Shown: one piece after another, positions 59,377 through 64,000 of the stretch
How positions within the stretch are numbered: the first letter of the stretch is position 1
Layout of the letters: every line of letters starts with the position of its first letter
From: an uncultured bacterium
Lineage (GTDB): Bacteria; Babelota; Babeliae; Babelales; JABCYS01
Assembly: GCA_963705705.1 (NCBI GenBank)
Contig: CAVPKK010000007.1
Location: 192,001 to 256,000, forward strand
Length of the DNA: 64,000 nucleotides
Direction: 5' to 3'
Notes under the pieces: model-generated
What the model saw: only the letters and a program-made list of their open reading frames with translations
Told to the model about the DNA's origin: nothing
Databases searched by the model: none
Made by a program: the position numbers and the translations under genes

Positions 59377-61932
59377 ATGATACATCAAACAACAGAACGG
59401 CAAACGGTTACGCCGTCAGAATTAGGCCACAACTTACCTCTTTTACCGTTAAAGAGTGTGGTTTTATTGCCCAAAAGTGCACGACAGATCATTGTTACGC
59501 GTCCATCATCTATGCAGGCAATTGAATATGCCCTAAAGCACAACCGTGCAATTTTTGTTTCAGCACAAATTAAAGAAACTACCGAGCATCCGCAACTTGA
59601 AGATATCTATATAGTCGGTACCAGATCAGTTGTGCATGAGATCATATATCAAGCAGATAATACATTGCGTGTGGTAGTTGAAGGAATTTGCCGAGCACGC
59701 GCAATCCGATCAGATTGGATAACGCCGCAACAACTTTTTGCTGGCGCACAATCTGCACCATTTATGCATGTATATTGTGAAGATATACCAACCACAGGCT
59801 TGGATAAGCAAGCAGAAACTGAACCGATCTGGCGACAACTCACCTTATTATATGGCACGTATAGCAAGCTAAATGCAAAGGCACCTACACATCTACTTTC
59901 ATTTGCAAAAACCATTCATGATGTAGATTACCTTACTGATGCAATTGCCACATTATTAGATCTTAATTTTAATGAACGCCAGGAGCTCTTAGAAACTACC
60001 GATCTCAATAGCCGTATTAACAAACTGTGTATGAGCATCAAACGCGATATCGATATTCTGCAAACGCAGCATCGTATTGAAGGGCAAGTGCAATCACAGA
60101 TGGAGAAAAATCAGCGCGAATTTTATCTTAATGAACAACTTAAAGCGATTAAGAAAGAACTTGGCGAAGAAGCAAATCCTGAGGTGCAGCAACTCCGCGA
60201 GAAAGTTAAAGAGATAAAGCTTTCTGCTGAGGCTACTGAAAAGGTTGAGAAAGAACTCAAACGACTCGAAACTATGACACCGCTTTCGGCAGAAGCTGTG
60301 GTATGTCGGCATTATATTGAGTGGATTATCTCGCTTCCGTGGAGCATTATGAGCCCCGATACTATCAGTTTGGGGACTGCCGAAGAAATGCTGGATAAAA
60401 ATCATGCTGGGCTCAATAAAGCCAAAGAACGCATCATAGAATTTTTGGCAACACAAAAGTTTCTTCTACAATCAGTCGCTACTCCAGCAGAAGAATCGGC
60501 AGCAAAGGATGTAAGCCAAGGCACCAATCATGCACCCATTATCTGTTTAGTGGGACCACCTGGTGTTGGAAAAACTTCTCTTGGAAAATCTATTGCCACC
60601 AGCCTTGGTCGTGAATTCGTTCGCATTTCATTGGGCGGCGTACGCGATGAAGCAGAAATCCGCGGTCACCGACGAACCTACATCGGCTCATTACCGGGCA
60701 AACTGATTCATGCTATGCGAAAAGCAAAAACACAAAATCCAGTAATTTTGCTTGATGAAATTGATAAGATGACAAGCGATACGCATGGCGATCCGGCAGC
60801 AGCACTCTTGGAAGTTTTGGATCCGGAACAAAACAGAACCTTTGTCGACCATTTCTTGGACATTGAATATGATCTATCAAAGGTCATGTTTATTGCTACT
60901 GCCAATCTGATTGAAGGTATTCCCTATCCATTGCTTGATCGAATGGAAATGATCCAATTGGCTGGCTATACAGAAGAAGAAAAATTAACGATTGCAAAAA
61001 AGTTTCTTGTTCCCAAAAATCTTACCGAACACGCATTACAACAAGATGCTTTTATATTGCCCGATCCATTACTCAAAAGAGTCATCAGCGAATACACAAA
61101 AGAGGCGGGTGTTCGTCAATTAGAGCGCGTGATAGCAAAGCTTATGCGCAAAAGTATTCAAATTTTGCTTAAGGGATCTGATTGCAAACCTATAACCATT
61201 ACTGATGAATTGCTTAAAGAGTGGCTCGGGTCGCCCAAGTTTAAGAAGACCACATTAGATGCGCAGGCAGAAAAAATTGGTGTAGTCACCGGCCTTGCTT
61301 GGACTGATCTTGGCGGAGATGTATTGGAAATTGAAGCCACCACGGTGCCAGGTAAAGGGAACATTACTCTTACCGGACAACTGGGTGATGTGATGGAAGA
61401 ATCTGCGCATGCTGCATTAAGCTACATTCGCGCACGCGCCAAAGAGTTTCATCTTGGTGCATCATTTTATTCATCCAAAGACATTCACATCCACTTGCCT
61501 GATGGCGCAACGCCAAAAGATGGCCCTTCTGCTGGTATTGCGATGTGCACTGCGCTCGTCTCTTCGTTGACGAAAATACCGGTGGTCAATGATGTGGCCA
61601 TGACGGGAGAAATTACCTTGCGCGGCCGTGCCATGGCTATTGGCGGACTCAAAGAAAAACTATTAGCGGCCAGACGACATGATGTAAAAAAGGTATTGGT
61701 GCCTAAAGAAAATTTCGATGATATCCAAGAGATTCTGAAAGAAATTCCGAGCGATTTAGAAATTGTCTATGTTGAATCGATGGATGATGTGCTTAAACAT
61801 GCATTAAAAGGAGATCCGCGTATTCCACGCGAAAAGGAAATACAAGAAAAGAAGAAGAAGAATAAGCGCAAGAAAAAAAAGAACGATAAGAAACAAAAAA
61901 AGAAATCCCCTAATAAAATAGTAAAGAAATAA
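59377..61932 (+). CDS. lon: Lon protease
   Basis: GPPGVGKTS, GHRRTYIG, LLDEIDK, PKDGPSAG, IGGLKEK. Confidence 0.98.
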   Translation: MIHQTTERQTVTPSELGHNLPLLPLKSVVLLPKSARQIIVTRPSSMQAIEYALKHNRAIFVSAQIKETTEHPQLEDIYIVGTRSVVHEIIYQADNTLRVVVEGICRARAIRSDWITPQQLFAGAQSAPFMHVYCEDIPTTGLDKQAETEPIWRQLTLLYGTYSKLNAKAPTHLLSFAKTIHDVDYLTDAIATLLDLNFNERQELLETTDLNSRINKLCMSIKRDIDILQTQHRIEGQVQSQMEKNQREFYLNEQLKAIKKELGEEANPEVQQLREKVKEIKLSAEATEKVEKELKRLETMTPLSAEAVVCRHYIEWIISLPWSIMSPDTISLGTAEEMLDKNHAGLNKAKERIIEFLATQKFLLQSVATPAEESAAKDVSQGTNHAPIICLVGPPGVGKTSLGKSIATSLGREFVRISLGGVRDEAEIRGHRRTYIGSLPGKLIHAMRKAKTQNPVILLDEIDKMTSDTHGDPAAALLEVLDPEQNRTFVDHFLDIEYDLSKVMFIATANLIEGIPYPLLDRMEMIQLAGYTEEEKLTIAKKFLVPKNLTEHALQQDAFILPDPLLKRVISEYTKEAGVRQLERVIAKLMRKSIQILLKGSDCKPITITDELLKEWLGSPKFKKTTLDAQAEKIGVVTGLAWTDLGGDVLEIEATTVPGKGNITLTGQLGDVMEESAHAALSYIRARAKEFHLGASFYSSKDIHIHLPDGATPKDGPSAGIAMCTALVSSLTKIPVVNDVAMTGEITLRGRAMAIGGLKEKLLAARRHDVKKVLVPKENFDDIQEILKEIPSDLEIVYVESMDDVLKHALKGDPRIPREKEIQEKKKKNKRKKKKNDKKQKKKSPNKIVKK

Positions 61933-61986
61933 AAAAACTCCCGCTGCGAAGTTGCATAACGCAATCTCAACAGCGGGAGTTTTTTG
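61931..61986. terminator. Bidirectional terminator
   Basis: aaaaaaactcccgctg...cagcgggagttttttg. Confidence 0.8.
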
Positions 61987-61999
61987 TAGAAGCTATAAA

Positions 62000-62233
62000 T
62001 TAGTAGCTTGGTGCTTCAGCTGGTTTTGGAATTTCCGGGCTTTCGTCTGGATTTTCCGTGCCTGGCTCTGCCGGTTGTGAAGGCTCTGCATGTGCATTCT
62101 CTTCATCACGCACTATCTCTTCGCCCACTGCTTGCGGCATTTCATTAGCAGGAGCCGCTTTTTCACCGCGGCCGCAACCTGCCATTGTCAGCAAGCTAGC
62201 ACAGCATAGCGCTGCGAATAGTTTAGAATTCAT
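62000..62233 (-). CDS. Small acidic lipoprotein
   Basis: Lipobox MAGC after a hydrophobic leader. Confidence 0.7.
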   Translation of the reverse strand: MNSKLFAALCCASLLTMAGCGRGEKAAPANEMPQAVGEEIVRDEENAHAEPSQPAEPGTENPDESPEIPKPAEAPSY

Positions 62234-62309
62234 TGAAACCTCTTCCTAGGTAAAGAGTTAAACATATATATACGGGGGTGCAGTATATCTCATGTTTGTT
62301 GCATGTGAA

Positions 62310-62454
62310 CCCTTCGATACATTTTTTGGCTACTAGCACAAAAAACACTTCCGCCGACGTCTTGGGACTCATATCAGCATGAATAAGCTCATTCTGAGTT
62401 AATTGAATGATCAGAGCATGAAAATGAGCTTTGTCGGACTTCGCAGGGGATCGG
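62310..62454 (+). repeat. Full ~145-bp composite palindromic element
   Basis: Colinear with the reverse complement of 14818-14961. Confidence 0.88.
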
Positions 62455-62466
62455 CATGAACAAAAA

Positions 62467-62865
62467 TTATGAGCCTACTTCTTCACCAAGCAATTCTTCT
62501 TTGAAGGTTTCATTTTCAGGTCCAAAAGACTCGCCCATCTCGTCTTCCAGTTGGCGTTCTCTTTGTGTGGTATGCCCTGGATGATGTCTGTGGCGTTGTT
62601 CATATTCGCCTTCAATTGCTTCTTGCTCTTGCATCATATGTAATTCATGTTGTGTTACATGGCGGTGGAGAGTTTCTTCGCACGGAAAATCATCAAAACC
62701 TTCCTTATCATTATTTGCCAAGAGAACCGGTGCATCCATTATTTCATTTTTTGCATACTCTTGGCGCTCGCGCGTTGATGGTGTTTCGCGTACCACCTGA
62801 GTCTTTTTGCATGCAGGGACAATCAGCACAAGAGCCAATGCCAAAAATGCTATTTTAGAATTCAT
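62467..62865 (-). CDS. Glu/His-rich lipoprotein
   Basis: MNSKIAFLALALVLIVPAC leader. Confidence 0.7.
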   Translation of the reverse strand: MNSKIAFLALALVLIVPACKKTQVVRETPSTRERQEYAKNEIMDAPVLLANNDKEGFDDFPCEETLHRHVTQHELHMMQEQEAIEGEYEQRHRHHPGHTTQRERQLEDEMGESFGPENETFKEELLGEEVGS

Positions 62866-62988
62866 AGGATTTATTCCTTTCTACCCGATGCGGGCCTGGT
62901 GTTTGAATATGTAAATTGCAAAAAAATAATAGCGCTCATTACAGCACTTTATTGCGTAAGTATAACCAAAAGCTAATCACATAGCACC

Positions 62989-63675
62989 TTACGCAGCAGG
63001 TATTTTTTCATGAATAGCTTGCATCATCTTCTCTACTGTCTGCTCTATATTTAATCCTGTATTATCGATAATGATTGAACCTGCTGTTGCCATCAATGGT
63101 GAATGAGCACGATGTGAATCTCGATCATCACGTTCAGTAATCGTATGTGCGGCATCATTAATAGAGTAATGCAATCCCTGGCGTGCCATATATTCTTGCC
63201 AACGTTTTGCACGCTCTTCCAATGCGGCGGTAATGAAGAATTTGATTTCTGCATGTGGAAATACAACTGAGCCAATATCTCTGCCTTCTACAACAAGATT
63301 ATATTTTGAGCCGAGGTGTCGTTGTAGTTCTAATAACTTCTCACGAACGATCGGATTCATTGCGACCAACGATGCCAGTATGTCCATTTCTTTATTTTTT
63401 AAATATGGCGTTATATCTTCATTTTCATAGGTAATGCGAGGTCCTTCACCTACATATTCATAATGAAGCTTTTTAGGATCGGTGACTGCGCACACATCGG
63501 CCAACTTCGGCGTTCTAATAGTTTCTTCATTATAATTAAATTTGTTTACCAATAGATACGCTAACGCGCGATATAAATAGCCCGAACCCAAATAATACCA
63601 CCCTAATCTGTGTGCAATCATACGCGCTGCGGTAGATTTGCCGCTGGCCGTTGGGCCGTCAATTGTAATAATCAT
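62989..63675 (-). CDS. cmk: Cytidylate kinase
   Basis: ITIDGPTASGKST, GYLYRA, VVEGRDIGSVVFP, RDDRD. Confidence 0.96.
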   Translation of the reverse strand: MIITIDGPTASGKSTAARMIAHRLGWYYLGSGYLYRALAYLLVNKFNYNEETIRTPKLADVCAVTDPKKLHYEYVGEGPRITYENEDITPYLKNKEMDILASLVAMNPIVREKLLELQRHLGSKYNLVVEGRDIGSVVFPHAEIKFFITAALEERAKRWQEYMARQGLHYSINDAAHTITERDDRDSHRAHSPLMATAGSIIIDNTGLNIEQTVEKMMQAIHEKIPAA

Positions 63676-64000
63676 AATGCGATATCCAACCCTATTAGTT
63701 CAATATTCGTTCTGCCATTCCATGTATTTTCAGTTACTTGTACTGCCGCATCAAATGGTTCATTGCCGCGGGAATATAATGTTTCAATCAATTCAGGTCT
63801 ATTAAAAAATATCAGCGGCTTAATAACTCCATCTGCAAACACCGAACATTTTACATGTGCATCCTTGAGCAGTTGCGGCGTACTTACCAAACTCACTTGT
63901 GAAATATAGAAATTTGGTTGCGGGTTTTGTGCCCCAAACGGTTGCAAATAGTCCAAATCCGTCATGAGCTTTTGATTTACTTCGGTCAAAGGTACCTGCG
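63672..64000 (-). CDS. recJ: RecJ exonuclease, C-terminal part (truncated by window end)
   Basis: LQPFGAQNPQPNF..LKDAHVK..NTWNG OB-domain pattern. Confidence 0.85.
   Translation of the reverse strand, partial: QVPLTEVNQKLMTDLDYLQPFGAQNPQPNFYISQVSLVSTPQLLKDAHVKCSVFADGVIKPLIFFNRPELIETLYSRGNEPFDAAVQVTENTWNGRTNIELIGLDIAL

Overview
Bacterial chromosome segment, most consistent (inference from gene content) with an obligate intracellular protist parasite of Candidatus Dependentiae/Babelota (TM6). It has a scrambled housekeeping backbone: argS, tsf, frr, tig, trxB, rpmH, tolQRAB, gyrA, dprA, rpmF, gltX, fabD-like, acpP, uppP, ftsK, murF, rsmH, spoVG, cca, dsbD, hpf, der, dnaX, rpsB, lon, cmk, recJ, five tRNAs and SRP RNA. 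It also encodes an ADP/ATP-translocase-family transporter, two Cys-rich beta-barrel paralogs and many signal-peptide orphan proteins. Most notable: (1) a family of short palindromic elements that nest inside each other, flank rpmH as inverted copies and sit in-frame inside trxB, gltX and tolA; (2) an ~89-bp tandem array whose mismatches indicate a structured minus-strand RNA/ssDNA; (3) candidate host-ubiquitin effectors (tandem F-box-like family with a new shared motif, an ankyrin protein with a C-terminal F-box-like motif, a Josephin-like Cys protease); (4) a duplicated two-gene membrane J-domain module; (5) a candidate ~240-nt ncRNA; (6) a gene held between duplicated tRNA terminators; (7) two single-base frameshifts (frr and a porin signal peptide) that may be assembly errors.
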